46,290 nucleotides of DNA. Origin: Myxococcota bacterium. GTDB taxonomy: Bacteria > Myxococcota > JACRCW01. Each line of letters opens with the position of its first letter. Position 1 is the first letter of the stretch. Position numbers and translations under genes: made by a program. The stretch lies in contig JBFMGU010000060.1 of assembly GCA_040752415.1 (NCBI GenBank), positions 1 through 46,290 of the forward strand, in the 5' to 3' direction. A model generated the notes under the pieces. That model saw only the letters and a list, made by a program, of their open reading frames with translations, ran no database searches and was not told the DNA's origin. This document shows, in pieces, positions 1-9,297 of this stretch.

Positions 1-1058
1 CTGGTTTGACAGGAGAGCGGCGCGTCCTTGGTCTTCGGCGGGATGCCGTCGATGCGGTCCGCCAGGTACCTCAATGCGTCGTTGAGGACGCGGTCGCGGA
101 TCTCATCCTTCTCCATCAACATCTCGTGCAGCGCGCCGTCCACCCAGATGCGCTCACAGCTCAACGCCGACTCGCACACCGCGCGATGCCCGCTGCTGCG
201 CACGGTCTGGTCGTCGCCGGCGGTGAAGATGAGGACGGGCGTGGTCAGCTTGCTGGCGTCGTTGCGCAGCGCCTTGGTGGCCTGGATGGCCTCGTGCGCC
301 CAGTTGAACGTCACGCCGCCGCGCACCAGGTCCGGGTGGTCCTTCAGCAGCTGCTCCGCCTGCGTGAACCGCGCCTCGCTGTGCGTGCCCTTGTTCTCCT
401 CGAACTTGTTCTCCTTCCGGTCGCCGTTGCCCAGCGCGTATTCCTCGCCCTGACCCGCGCTCACGTAGCCAGCCGCGAGCAGCGCCGCCACGTCCTCCGG
501 GTACTGGCCGGTCACCATCTCGTGCATCGGCGCCAGCAGCACCATGGCGTCAACGATGTCCGGGTGGGACTCCGCCAACGCCGTGGCGATGCCCGCGCCC
601 ATGGAGTGCGCCAGGATGAAGATGCGCTGGTGGCCGGCGGGACGGACCACGTCGTCAATCAGCTTGCGCACGTCCTCCACGTAGTCCTGGAAGCGCTTCA
701 CGTGCTGCTTCTGCGGATGGTCGATGGTGCGGCCGGAGAAACCCTGGCCGCGGTGGTCCATGGCGTAGATGGTGAAACCGGCGTCACGCAGGTCAAAGAA
801 GACCTCCGCGTACTTGATGTGGCTCTCCGTGCGGCCCGGCAGGAGCACCAGGGCGGCGCGCTCCGTCGAGCTGGGGAACTTCACGAAGTGGATGGGCACG
901 CCGTCCACGCCCTCGAACGTCCCCGCCTGCTGCTTCTGCAGGTAGTAGGGCATGACGTTGAGGTCGTAGATGGCCTTGTAGTCCTGCTCGCTGATGGCCA
1001 GCGCCAGCGTGGGCGAGAACAACAGCGTGAGGAGGGAGAAGAGACGGACGGCGCGCAT
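1..1058 (-). CDS. Secreted alpha/beta hydrolase, lysophospholipase L2 (PldB)-like; 3' end runs off the window
   Basis: Absent from the ORF track because it has no stop in the window. Manual translation from ATG at 1058 gives a signal peptide (MRAVRLFSLLTLLFSPTLALA), LVLLPGRTESHIKYAE, YAMDHRGQGFSGR, nucleophile elbow AHSMG and catalytic His motif HEMLME. Confidence 0.88.
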   Translation of the reverse strand, partial: MRAVRLFSLLTLLFSPTLALAISEQDYKAIYDLNVMPYYLQKQQAGTFEGVDGVPIHFVKFPSSTERAALVLLPGRTESHIKYAEVFFDLRDAGFTIYAMDHRGQGFSGRTIDHPQKQHVKRFQDYVEDVRKLIDDVVRPAGHQRIFILAHSMGAGIATALAESHPDIVDAMVLLAPMHEMVTGQYPEDVAALLAAGYVSAGQGEEYALGNGDRKENKFEENKGTHSEARFTQAEQLLKDHPDLVRGGVTFNWAHEAIQATKALRNDASKLTTPVLIFTAGDDQTVRSSGHRAVCESALSCERIWVDGALHEMLMEKDEIRDRVLNDALRYLADRIDGIPPKTKDAPLSCQT

Positions 1059-1076
1059 GGGCGCGTCCCTATCACG

Positions 1077-2063
1077 TCAGATGGCCAGCTTCATCGCGCG
1101 GGGCTCACGCGCCAGCAGCTCCGGGACCTCATCCCGCGGCGTGGCGGCGGCCAGCTGCAACGGCTCCGACGAGAAATGCGGGCTCTGCAGCAGCTTCCCG
1201 CGACGCCCGTCGGCGAAACGGTTGGCATCCGCGAGGTGGGCGAACCGCTGGCAGAACTCTTCCTGGCTGGGCGAGGTGGCCATGACCCGCGTGAACATGG
1301 CGCGCGTGGCCGTGGGGCCGTTCTGCACCGCGCTGTCAAACAGCAGCGCCACCGCGCGCTCACTGGTGATGCCCTTGCTGCTGGCCAGCTTCACCACCGG
1401 GTCCAGGTACTCCCGACGCGCCACGCTGCGCTGCACCGCCTGCATGTCCGGATCCTGCGCCGCGCGCTGCATGCGCTGCTTGAGCTCCGGCGTGTTGAGG
1501 TTGGCGGTGCGGACCCAGCGCTCGTCGAGGAGGTTGTCCGCGTGCGGACCGAAGTAGGCGCGGAACTTCCCCGGGTGCTGCGCGTTCATCTCGCGCAGGA
1601 GCGCGGGGAGGTGGCCCGTCTTCTGGTTGAACTGGATGATGCCAAAGCTCACCCCGCGACCGTTGTCGCTGGCGTTCCACGCGTCGTAGCGGCCGCGCCC
1701 TTCCACGCGCGCCACCTGGTCGATCATGCGGTCCACCGGGCTGGCGCTTGCGGCCGGCTGCGCCACGACGGGAATCCCCTGCGCCGGCGTGCGCCGCACG
1801 AACCCCGTGGCCGCGGCGTTGGTGGAGCCCACCGTGAAGGTCTTCCCGGCCGCCACGTCGGGGAGCCGGATCACCGAGCCCGCCTGGATGCGGTTGGCGT
1901 CCTTGATCTGCGGGTTGGCGGCCAGCAGGGACTGCACCGAGACGTTGTTGCGTCGCGCAATGGCGCCCAGCGTGTCCCCGAAGCTCACCACCTGGGCCCG
2001 CGGTTGGACCGGGGCGCTCACGCGCGGCGTGGTCGCGGGGGCGAGGGCGGGGACGGCGCTCAT
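1077..2063 (-). CDS. LysM domain protein with C-terminal lysozyme/chitosanase-like glycoside hydrolase domain
   Basis: LysM motif VVSFGDTLGAIARRNNVSVQSLLAANPQIKDANRIQAGSVIRLP. The C-terminal VEGRGRYDA...GVSFGIIQF...FDSAVQNG resembles lysozyme-fold hydrolases. Start at ATG 2063 preferred; 2105 is the alternative. Confidence 0.78.
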   Translation of the reverse strand: MSAVPALAPATTPRVSAPVQPRAQVVSFGDTLGAIARRNNVSVQSLLAANPQIKDANRIQAGSVIRLPDVAAGKTFTVGSTNAAATGFVRRTPAQGIPVVAQPAASASPVDRMIDQVARVEGRGRYDAWNASDNGRGVSFGIIQFNQKTGHLPALLREMNAQHPGKFRAYFGPHADNLLDERWVRTANLNTPELKQRMQRAAQDPDMQAVQRSVARREYLDPVVKLASSKGITSERAVALLFDSAVQNGPTATRAMFTRVMATSPSQEEFCQRFAHLADANRFADGRRGKLLQSPHFSSEPLQLAAATPRDEVPELLAREPRAMKLAI

Positions 2064-2294
2064 GAAGCCGTTATCGGGACCCCCGCGGCGCAGGACGTAC
2101 GGCATGTGGGGGATGGGGGCGGATCACGCCGTCCGTGCGACCAGCGGAGCGAACCCAGAGCCTTCATCGGTGCGGCGCATCTCACGCACCAGGAGTCGTG
2201 GGGTCACCCGCAGGCGCGGTCCACGACGAGAACCACGCTCACGGTGACGCTGGCGCGCGCGTGGGCGCGGGATTGGGGTAAGGTCGCGGCGGTC

Positions 2295-2801
2295 ATGGCC
2301 AACGCGAGCCCCAAGTACGTCCCGTCGTGGATGGCGCAATCCAAGGTGCTGCTCTTCGCGGCGGCGGGCCTCCCGCTGGGCGTGCCCATCGAGGACATGC
2401 TGCGCCTGGTGCCCGAGGAGGACGTGTTGCCCATGCCCCTGGCGCATCCCGCGTTGGCCGGGGTGATGCCCAGCCTGGAAGGCGTGTCGCCGGTGTTCGA
2501 CCTCGCCTTGCTCACGCCGGAAGCGTCCCGACGCGCACCGGCCCGCAAGAGTGAAGCGTTGGTGGCGTTGTTCCCGCACTCGGAAGGCTCGGTGGGAATC
2601 CGCCTGGAGCGACTGGCGGGCCTGGTCCCCGACGTGGACCCCATGTCCGACGCGTTGCAGGCGGGATTGCTCAGCGCCCTCCCCTCGGGCTTGCGCTCGT
2701 TCATCACCAGCGCGGCCACGGCGAAGGGGCAGTTGTTCTTCTTCTTCTCCAAGGACGCGTTCCTGGCGTGGGTGGCCGCAGGCGGCGTGGAGGGTCCGTG
2801 A
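2295..2801 (+). CDS. CheW-like domain protein
   Basis: C-terminal part of ORF 6..2801: LLFAAAGLPLGVPIEDMLRLV...PMPLAHPALAGVM...VSPVFDL...VGIRLERLAGLV matches the CheW pattern. ATG at 2295. Confidence 0.72.
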   Translation: MANASPKYVPSWMAQSKVLLFAAAGLPLGVPIEDMLRLVPEEDVLPMPLAHPALAGVMPSLEGVSPVFDLALLTPEASRRAPARKSEALVALFPHSEGSVGIRLERLAGLVPDVDPMSDALQAGLLSALPSGLRSFITSAATAKGQLFFFFSKDAFLAWVAAGGVEGP

Positions 2802-2805
2802 ACGC

Positions 2806-3516
2806 TCAGCCCTCCGCGCCCTGACCACCGCGCGCAATGGCCACCACGATCACCTCCCGCGCGCCTGCCGCCATCAATGCGCTCGCGGCTTCCCGCACGG
2901 TTGCTGACGTCGTCACCACGTCATCCACCAGGGCCACGCGCTTGCCCGCCACGCCGCTGGCGCGGAAGGCATCACGGACGGTGGTGGCGCGCTCCTCCGG
3001 CGCCAGGCCGGCCACGGGTGCGGTGTTGCGCACGCGCTGCAGGGTCCGGGAGAGAATCGGCTTGTCCATGCGTCGCGCCAACGAGACCGCGACGAGACGC
3101 GCCTGGTTGTAGCCGCGCTCGCGGTGTCGGCGGACGTGGAGGGGCACGGGAACCAGCGCGTCCAGCGTCGACCAGTCCGAGGGCAACGACGGAAACGCGA
3201 GCTCCGCGAGTGCGTCGGCGATCCAGGGTGCGTCGTGGAACTTGAGGTTGCGGATGGCGTCCTTCACCGTGCCGCCGTACACCAGCCCCACGTCCACCCG
3301 CGCGAATGGCGGTGGTGACGACGTGCAACGCGCGCACAAGGCGTCGGAGACCAGGTCGGCGCAGCGAGGACAGCCGCCGTGGGAGGGCATGCGCTCCAGG
3401 GCAACGTCGCACACGTCACAGACGAGCCGGTCCGGCGGGAGCATCGCCGCGCACCCGATGCAGTGCGGCGGAAACACCAGCTCCAGGAGGCCCTGCGCAA
3501 CCTCCAGCAGGTTCAC
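2806..3516 (-). CDS. comF: ComF family protein (double zinc ribbon + phosphoribosyltransferase)
   Basis: FPPHCIGC...CDVC...CPRC...CARC, LVPVPLH..R..ERGYNQA and PRPP loop ALVDDVVTTSAT. Confidence 0.92.
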   Translation of the reverse strand: MNLLEVAQGLLELVFPPHCIGCAAMLPPDRLVCDVCDVALERMPSHGGCPRCADLVSDALCARCTSSPPPFARVDVGLVYGGTVKDAIRNLKFHDAPWIADALAELAFPSLPSDWSTLDALVPVPLHVRRHRERGYNQARLVAVSLARRMDKPILSRTLQRVRNTAPVAGLAPEERATTVRDAFRASGVAGKRVALVDDVVTTSATVREAASALMAAGAREVIVVAIARGGQGAEG

Positions 3517-4061
3517 GCGCCCTTCTCGCGACGCTTCAGGATCACGCCGCTCTTGCGTCGCTCACCGGTCAGCGCCTTGTTGCCCTGCTTGGTCTCGATG
3601 CCGAGGAAGCAGTCGCTGCACACCACGGGATCGTCGTCGGGCTCCCGCGGCGCGCTCAGGATGCTCTGACGGATCTTCGCCACGCGGCCGCAGCGGGGAC
3701 AGGTGAACTCGACGGTGGGGTCGCGCTTGGCGGGGTCGCCGTGCTCGTCAAAGCCGGCCACCTCCAGGGTGCACGCGCGACACATCTGCTTGGCCGGATC
3801 CTTCGGCTTGAAGGCGAGGTAGTCCTCCTTGCCGCAGCGCACGCAGGTCACGCTCTTGGCCACGCGCGTGCCGAACTCCGTGCGCGCCCCGCCCGCGAAC
3901 CGGGGACGACGCCCCTTCTCGCTCCGCTTGACGCAGTTCAGGCACAAGGTGGCCCCGGGGACGCCCACCGGCGTGCCGCAGACCAGGCAGGGATCACCCT
4001 GGAACGGACGCGAGCGGGGAGAGGACTTCTTGGCGTGGGGCTTGGACTTGGGGGGCTGCAT
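3513..4061 (-). CDS. Multi zinc-ribbon protein containing a CxxC-x17-CxxC domain
   Basis: Three CxxC pairs. VTCVRC-GKEDYLAFKPKDPAKQM-CRAC has exactly 17 residues between the knuckles. Its stop overlaps the comF start (GTGA). Confidence 0.7.
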   Translation of the reverse strand: MQPPKSKPHAKKSSPRSRPFQGDPCLVCGTPVGVPGATLCLNCVKRSEKGRRPRFAGGARTEFGTRVAKSVTCVRCGKEDYLAFKPKDPAKQMCRACTLEVAGFDEHGDPAKRDPTVEFTCPRCGRVAKIRQSILSAPREPDDDPVVCSDCFLGIETKQGNKALTGERRKSGVILKRREKGA

Positions 4062-4152
4062 GGTGAACTGGCCTATGACGGAAGCTTCAAGTGCGGCAAG
4101 ACATAACTCCGAACTGCCCGCAATTCAGCCTCCTCTGCTAGGGTCCCCGCCC

Positions 4153-4881
4153 GTGCGACCCGACGGCCGATCCCCCCAGGAGCTCCGCCCCATCTCCCTC
4201 GACGTGGGTTTCATCAGGAAGGTCCCCGGTTCCTGCCTGGTGGCCTTTGGTGACACCCGTGTCCTCACCACCGTGACCGTGGAGGACCGCGTCCCGCCTC
4301 ATCGCCTGGGCAAGGGCGGTTGGCTGTCCGCGGAGTACGCCATGCTTCCCGGCTCCACCCAGGAGCGGAAGCGGCGGGACCAGGGCAAGCCCGACGGGCG
4401 CAGTGTGGAGATCCAGCGTCTGCTGGGCCGTGCGCTGCGCGCGGTGACCGTGCTGGAGGAGCTGCCCGGGGTGACGTTGTGGGTGGATTGTGACGTCGTG
4501 GAGGCGGACGGCGGCACGCGCTGCGCGGCCATCACCGGGGCCTACGTCTCGCTGGCCGTGGCGGTGGCGCGACTGCAGAAGCAGGGCGTCATCAAGGCCA
4601 GCGCCAGGCCCCTGCTCCACAGTGTGAGCGCGGTGAGCGTGGGGCTGGTGAGTGGTGGGATCGTGGTGGATCTGAACTACGTGGAGGACAGTGCCGCCGA
4701 GGCGGATCTCAACATCGTGTCCACCGGCGAAGGGAAGCTCGTCGAGATCACCGGTGCCGCCGAGAAGCGCACCTTCGAGCGTGAGCAGCTCAACGCGATG
4801 ATCGACGCCGGGCTTGCCGCCAACCAGCGCATCAAGGCCCTGCAGGAGCAGGCGGTGGCGGACGCCATTCGCCGGTTGTGA
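4153..4881 (+). CDS. rph: Ribonuclease PH
   Basis: GTG start at 4153 (RPDGRSPQELRPI), GWLSAEYAMLPGST, GRSVEIQRLLGRALR, DCDVVEADGGTRCAAITGA, DLNYVEDSAAEADLN. Confidence 0.97.
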   Translation: MRPDGRSPQELRPISLDVGFIRKVPGSCLVAFGDTRVLTTVTVEDRVPPHRLGKGGWLSAEYAMLPGSTQERKRRDQGKPDGRSVEIQRLLGRALRAVTVLEELPGVTLWVDCDVVEADGGTRCAAITGAYVSLAVAVARLQKQGVIKASARPLLHSVSAVSVGLVSGGIVVDLNYVEDSAAEADLNIVSTGEGKLVEITGAAEKRTFEREQLNAMIDAGLAANQRIKALQEQAVADAIRRL

Positions 4882-5489
4882 CCATGGCGCCCCGACTGCT
4901 GCTCTGCACCTCCAACACCCACAAAGCGCAGGAGCTGTCCGCCATGCTCGGCGGCGCGGCGGAGGTGGTGATGCCGCGGGACCTGGGGCTCGTCGTCGAC
5001 GTGCCGGAGGACGCGGAGACCTTCGAGGAGAACGCGCTGCAGAAGGCGGACCGGGGGTACGCGCTGAGCGGCATGCTCACCCTGGCCGACGACAGCGGGC
5101 TGTGCGTGGACGCGCTGGGCGGCAAGCCGGGTGTGCGGAGCGCGCGGTTTGCGGCGGACCACGGTCGCGGGAGCGGGGATGCGGCGAACAACGCGCTGAT
5201 GCTGGAGCGACTGCGCAACGTTCCCGACGAGAAACGGGGTGCGCACTTCGTCTCGGTGGTGGCCATTGTGGGGCCGGGCATCCGCACCACGTTCCGCGGT
5301 GAGCTGCACGGACGCATGGGGCATGAGCTGCGCGGGAGCCACGGCTTTGGCTACGACCCGCTGTTCGAGCTGCCGGATGGTCGCGCGCTGGCCATGTTGC
5401 CCGCCGACGAGAAGAACGCGATCTCGCACCGCAGTCGCGCGCTGGCGGCGGCGCGGGAGACGCTGATGCGTGAGCTGGGGAAGTCATGA
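4878..5489 (+). CDS. rdgB: RdgB/HAM1 non-canonical purine NTP pyrophosphatase
   Basis: TSNTHKAQE, EDAETFEENALQKA, LADDSGLCVDALGGKPGVRSARF, GFGYDPLF, KNAISHR. Coupled to rph; the start may be ATG 4884. Confidence 0.96.
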   Translation: MTMAPRLLLCTSNTHKAQELSAMLGGAAEVVMPRDLGLVVDVPEDAETFEENALQKADRGYALSGMLTLADDSGLCVDALGGKPGVRSARFAADHGRGSGDAANNALMLERLRNVPDEKRGAHFVSVVAIVGPGIRTTFRGELHGRMGHELRGSHGFGYDPLFELPDGRALAMLPADEKNAISHRSRALAAARETLMRELGKS

Positions 5490-6247
5490 AGAGCGGGGAA
5501 GCCGCCCGTCGGAAGCGCACGCCCACCACGCTGGCGCCGCGAGGGAGGAAGAGCCGCCACGGGGTCAGCCCCAGCGGTTTCACCCTGGCCGAGTATGTGA
5601 GCGAGGAGGTCTACGCGCAGCGCAAGGACCTGCCGCGTTTCCTCAACGTGATCCCCGCCAGCGAGTCGCCGTGCACGGGTTGTCACGCGGAGTGTTGTCG
5701 GGCGCGGGTGGTGATGAACGTCCCGGACCTGGTCCGGCTGGTGGCGCCGCTGCAGATGCCGCCGTCCAGCGCGTGCGACCTCGTCGAGTGCGAGACCCGC
5801 AACGGTGAGCCGATCCTGATTGGGGAGACGCCCAAGCAGATCGTGCTGCGCAAGGGTGACGACGATTTCTGTGTGTTCCTGATGAACGTCGACGGGCACC
5901 GGCGGTGCGGCGTGCATGCCATCCGGCCGGCCATCTGTCGGATCTATCCGTTCAGCTGGGAGCGGGGGAACATGCGCTACCAGATGGGCTACGTGGCCTG
6001 TCCCAGCATGTGGGTGGTGGGCGAGGCGCGGAAGAACGCCGTCCTTGACGACGTGGAGAGCCACGAGCACGACCGCGTGTTGGACCGCAAGCTGGTGCGC
6101 AGGTGGAACGCGCGGCCCGCCGAGGAGCGCACGCCGCAGGGGTTCTGGCGCTTTGCCATGGTGGAGGGAGCCGCCGAGCTGGGCCTGGACGTGGGGTACC
6201 TGACCCGCCCCGAGCCGAGGACCAGGCTCAAGCCGGCGTTGTGGTGA
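5486..6247 (+). CDS. YkgJ family cysteine-cluster (Zn/Fe-chelating) protein
   Basis: CTGCHAECC ... CVFL ... CGVHAIRPAICRIYPF. ATGA overlap with rdgB. Confidence 0.85.
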   Translation: MKSGEAARRKRTPTTLAPRGRKSRHGVSPSGFTLAEYVSEEVYAQRKDLPRFLNVIPASESPCTGCHAECCRARVVMNVPDLVRLVAPLQMPPSSACDLVECETRNGEPILIGETPKQIVLRKGDDDFCVFLMNVDGHRRCGVHAIRPAICRIYPFSWERGNMRYQMGYVACPSMWVVGEARKNAVLDDVESHEHDRVLDRKLVRRWNARPAEERTPQGFWRFAMVEGAAELGLDVGYLTRPEPRTRLKPALW

Positions 6248-6281
6248 CACGGACAGGGCGTTATGAGATGAGGCTGCAGGA

Positions 6282-6358
6282 CGGGGCGTAGGTCAGCTTG
6301 GTAGACCGCCTGCCTTGGGCGCAGGAAGTCGTTGGTTCAAATCCAATCGCCCCGACCA
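6282..6358 (+). tRNA. tRNA-Pro (anticodon TGG)
   Basis: CGGGGCG/CGCCCCG acceptor stem, anticodon arm CCTGC-CT-TGG-GC-GCAGG, T-loop GTTCAAAT, encoded CCA; 77 nt. Confidence 0.97.
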
Positions 6359-6362
6359 ATTC

Positions 6363-6407
6363 AACGCCGCGTGTCCGAGGGAATCCCGGCTCGCGGCGTT
6401 TGTCTTT
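6363..6407 (+). terminator. Probable intrinsic terminator after tRNA-Pro
   Basis: AACGCCGCG...CGCGGCGTT stem followed by TGTCTTT. Confidence 0.6.
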
Positions 6408-6526
6408 CGACGCCACGGGAGCGCGCCCCTCAATCCCTGACGACGTGGCGCTCCAGACGGTGAACAGGACGAACTTCCCCTGCGTTCCACGGTGCGTCGA
6501 TTCTGTCTTCGACGTTGCCCTACCCA

Positions 6527-6868
6527 TCAACCCACGCCGTGAAAACGGCGATACGCCTCAATCCACTCCACGCCACGCGGTGGCGGGGCAGGCAGGGGCA
6601 GGTCAAGCAGTGGGATGTTCTGCTTGCCCGCCTTGTTCCGGCACACGGCGACGACGCTGCCGTCATCGCTTTCCGCGAGTCGCTCCACGGTCACGGGAAG
6701 GCCCAGGACCTCCGTTTCAAAAGGACACTCCACCCCCTCCGCCACCGCGATGGCCATGCTCATCCGTTCCTCAGCTTCGCCATAGCTGTCGACGAGCGCC
6801 TCGCTGATCAGCTCGTCAATGTCCTTCTCATCGGGCGCTTTGGTCTTTCGTGGCTTCGCGCGTGCCAT
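6527..6868 (-). CDS. CcbP-like 'calcium binding' family small protein
   Basis: IDELISEALVDSYGEAE...ECPFETEVLG..V...IPLLDL...WIEAYRRF matches the family pattern as recalled (IeEA.VD.Y...E...PF...W..AY..W/F). Start at ATG 6868 preferred. Confidence 0.7.
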   Translation of the reverse strand: MARAKPRKTKAPDEKDIDELISEALVDSYGEAEERMSMAIAVAEGVECPFETEVLGLPVTVERLAESDDGSVVAVCRNKAGKQNIPLLDLPLPAPPPRGVEWIEAYRRFHGVG

Positions 6869-7100
6869 GAGCCCCTCCACCGTCGGTCAGGTCCATTCCG
6901 GCGTTCACTCGCCAGGCCATCGGAGTGATCGCATTTCAAGTTGTACGCAGCGAGATCCCGACGTCACGACCGCTCCTCGCCCCCGCCTCCGTCCGCGCCA
7001 CGTTCCCCAGGAGTGATTCACCGGATGCGCGGGGCGCCCTCCTGTGTTACGGCGCCTCGCTCGGGAACCAGCGCCATCGGCTCCCGCGAGGAGGAAGGCC

Positions 7101-7292
7101 GTGGCTGCCAAGACCAATCCCGCCGTTGCCAAGCGCCAGAAAGAGCTCACCCGTCAGAAGCGTCAGCAGGAGAAGGCCGCCGAGCGCGCCGAGCGTCGGC
7201 AGGAGCGTGCTACGCGGCAGGGCGCCGACGAAGGTGAAGACCCCGACATCGCCGGCATCGTCCCCGGCCCGCAGCCGCGTCGCGACGACTGA
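7101..7292 (+). CDS. Small basic protein ending in EDPDIAGIVPGPQP
   Basis: GAGGAGG Shine-Dalgarno before GTG 7101. 63 aa Lys/Arg/Glu-rich helix (KRQKELTRQKRQQEKAAERAERRQE) with a conserved-looking tail. Confidence 0.75.
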   Translation: MAAKTNPAVAKRQKELTRQKRQQEKAAERAERRQERATRQGADEGEDPDIAGIVPGPQPRRDD

Positions 7293-7299
7293 CCGCGTT

Positions 7300-9297
7300 T
7301 CACCGTTTCACGGCGTCCAGCAGTGCGCGGATCGCGGGTCGCATCGCCCTCATCGCCGCCGAGGCCCCCTGTCCGAGCGCGTTCTTCCCTGTCTCCTCCC
7401 AGCTCCGACGCAACTGCACCCGTGACGTCAGCAGGGCGCGCTGTGCTTCCGTCAGCGTCGTGACCGCGTCCGGGTGGCTCTCCATCAGCCAACGGACCGC
7501 GAAGGCCACGGGCTCCACCGGCTGGATACCGTCGCAGTACCGCTCCAGCACCTCCAACAGCTCGGCGCGCGTGGGCGGCTCCACCAACGGAGTTCCCGTC
7601 GTCAGCTCGGCCACCAGCGCATCATCCGGCTCGGTCAGCGGTGAGGCGCGCAGCAACGCGAGCTGCTCCGGTAGCCCCCAGGCCAGCGCTCGCTGCCAAC
7701 GTTCCACCATCTCCTCCGCGCGCGCGGTCACGGGCCGCACCATCACCGCCGTGGGCTCGCCGGAGCGGTCCCCCGTCGACACGCCCAGCCTGACCAGCCG
7801 GTAGCCGAGGGAACGACGAAACCGCAGCAGCTCCGGCGTGGCCCCGAACAAGGTCCCGAAGAGCTCCGCCTCCGGATGCGCGCGGTGCACATGATCCACC
7901 AGCATGCTCGCCACGCCGTGTCGTCGGAAGGACGGGTGCACGGCGATGCGCACGCTCCGAATCATGCGCAATGTCCCCGCCGCTGGGGTGGCGCAATGGG
8001 AGACCAACGTGTCCGCCAGCGCATGGCCCTTCACGCGCGTCGCTCCGTGCGCCATGGCGTGACAGAGCTCCTCGGGAAACGCTCCCTCCCTGGCCACAAG
8101 ACACGCCGCCACGACGGAGCGCTCCCACAGCACCGCGTGCAGCTCCAGGTTGGGAGCATCCAGGGCGCGCTGCAGGTCGGAGGGCGTGGTCCGGTAGTGC
8201 GCGTGCACCAGCAGGCCGAAGAACTGCTGCAGCATGGCCTCATCGCGGGCGAGCGCGTCGCGGTCCAACGTGGCTGCCACCAGGGCGCTCGTCGACGGGA
8301 TGGTCTCACCCACCTCCGCGGGACGCGCGCGCATCAGCAACAGGTCCGACACCAACGACTCCAAGGGATCGTTCTCGCCCCAGCGGATGGGTTCACTGAG
8401 CTGCAGCGGTTCTTGTGCGTGCGGCTGCGCCTGGCACCACTCCATGAAACGCAGGAGGAATCCGCGACCCGTGCCTTCATACCCGGCGACCGTCGTGGAG
8501 AAGACGACGCAGGCACTCGCGTGACGTCGCGCCAGCGCCCGCAAGACGCCCACGGGTAGCTGCGCGGCTTCATCCACCACCAGCACGTCGACGTCACCAT
8601 CCGCCGGGAGCGCTTCCTCCGCCGACATGCAACGGGTGATCTCCGGCGCAAAGCGCATCACTTCCGTCGCTGCTTCCGCAGAAGGTGCTACCACCGCGAC
8701 ACGCAGGTTGGGCCGGTGCGTGAGCGCACGATGCACGGCGAGCCCCAGCGCACTGGACTTGCCGCGACCCCGATCCGCCGTGAGCGTGAACAACGCGGGG
8801 CGCCCGGCCGTCATGGCGTCGGAAAGGACGTCCACCACGCGCGCCTGTCCCGCGGTCCCTCCCACGGGATGCGGCGTGGATTCCGGCAGCGGGTTCGGAG
8901 GAATCACTGCGGGTGAGGCCCGGAGCCCGTCGAGGACGCGCCGCCAGAAGCGGGTGCCGACGGCGCTGGCGTCGAACGGATGCACCACGAGGCGCTCCTG
9001 GAGCCGCGCAGGCAGCTCGCCCTCCGGTGGCAACCGCAACATCAGCACGCCACCTTCCCAGATGAACCCCTGGCATTGCGCAATCACGTTTGGGTGAACG
9101 TCCCGGTGCAGACTCAACACCACGACGTCGAACGCCTGCCCCAGGAGCTTGCGCACCCCACCTGGTGCCACGACGTGGAACGTTCCGGCACCCACCGGGG
9201 CGCCGTCATCCACCCACAGCACCCCCGACGACGGGCACGCAGCCACCCACGCCCTGGCTTGCGCCGCGGTCTCCGTCGGGGTTCCGCGCAGCGTCAT
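7300..9297 (-). CDS. tmcA: tRNA(Met) cytidine acetyltransferase TmcA/NAT10 family
   Basis: LTADRGRGKSSALG, VDEAAQLP, FSTTVAGYEGTGRGFLLRF, PIRWGENDPLE, LLVHAHYRTTPSDL, RIAVHP. Start uncertain (9297 or 9396). Confidence 0.93.
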   Translation of the reverse strand: MTLRGTPTETAAQARAWVAACPSSGVLWVDDGAPVGAGTFHVVAPGGVRKLLGQAFDVVVLSLHRDVHPNVIAQCQGFIWEGGVLMLRLPPEGELPARLQERLVVHPFDASAVGTRFWRRVLDGLRASPAVIPPNPLPESTPHPVGGTAGQARVVDVLSDAMTAGRPALFTLTADRGRGKSSALGLAVHRALTHRPNLRVAVVAPSAEAATEVMRFAPEITRCMSAEEALPADGDVDVLVVDEAAQLPVGVLRALARRHASACVVFSTTVAGYEGTGRGFLLRFMEWCQAQPHAQEPLQLSEPIRWGENDPLESLVSDLLLMRARPAEVGETIPSTSALVAATLDRDALARDEAMLQQFFGLLVHAHYRTTPSDLQRALDAPNLELHAVLWERSVVAACLVAREGAFPEELCHAMAHGATRVKGHALADTLVSHCATPAAGTLRMIRSVRIAVHPSFRRHGVASMLVDHVHRAHPEAELFGTLFGATPELLRFRRSLGYRLVRLGVSTGDRSGEPTAVMVRPVTARAEEMVERWQRALAWGLPEQLALLRASPLTEPDDALVAELTTGTPLVEPPTRAELLEVLERYCDGIQPVEPVAFAVRWLMESHPDAVTTLTEAQRALLTSRVQLRRSWEETGKNALGQGASAAMRAMRPAIRALLDAVKR

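Noticed and set aside
6..2294. N-terminal ~760 aa of the 931-aa ORF 6..2801
   Set aside because: Antisense shadow of the lysophospholipase and LysM genes; only the CheW-like part from 2295 looks real.
3829..4152. N-terminal extension of rph in the ORF track
   Set aside because: It overlaps the divergent zinc-ribbon gene, and RNase PH homology begins at GTG 4153.
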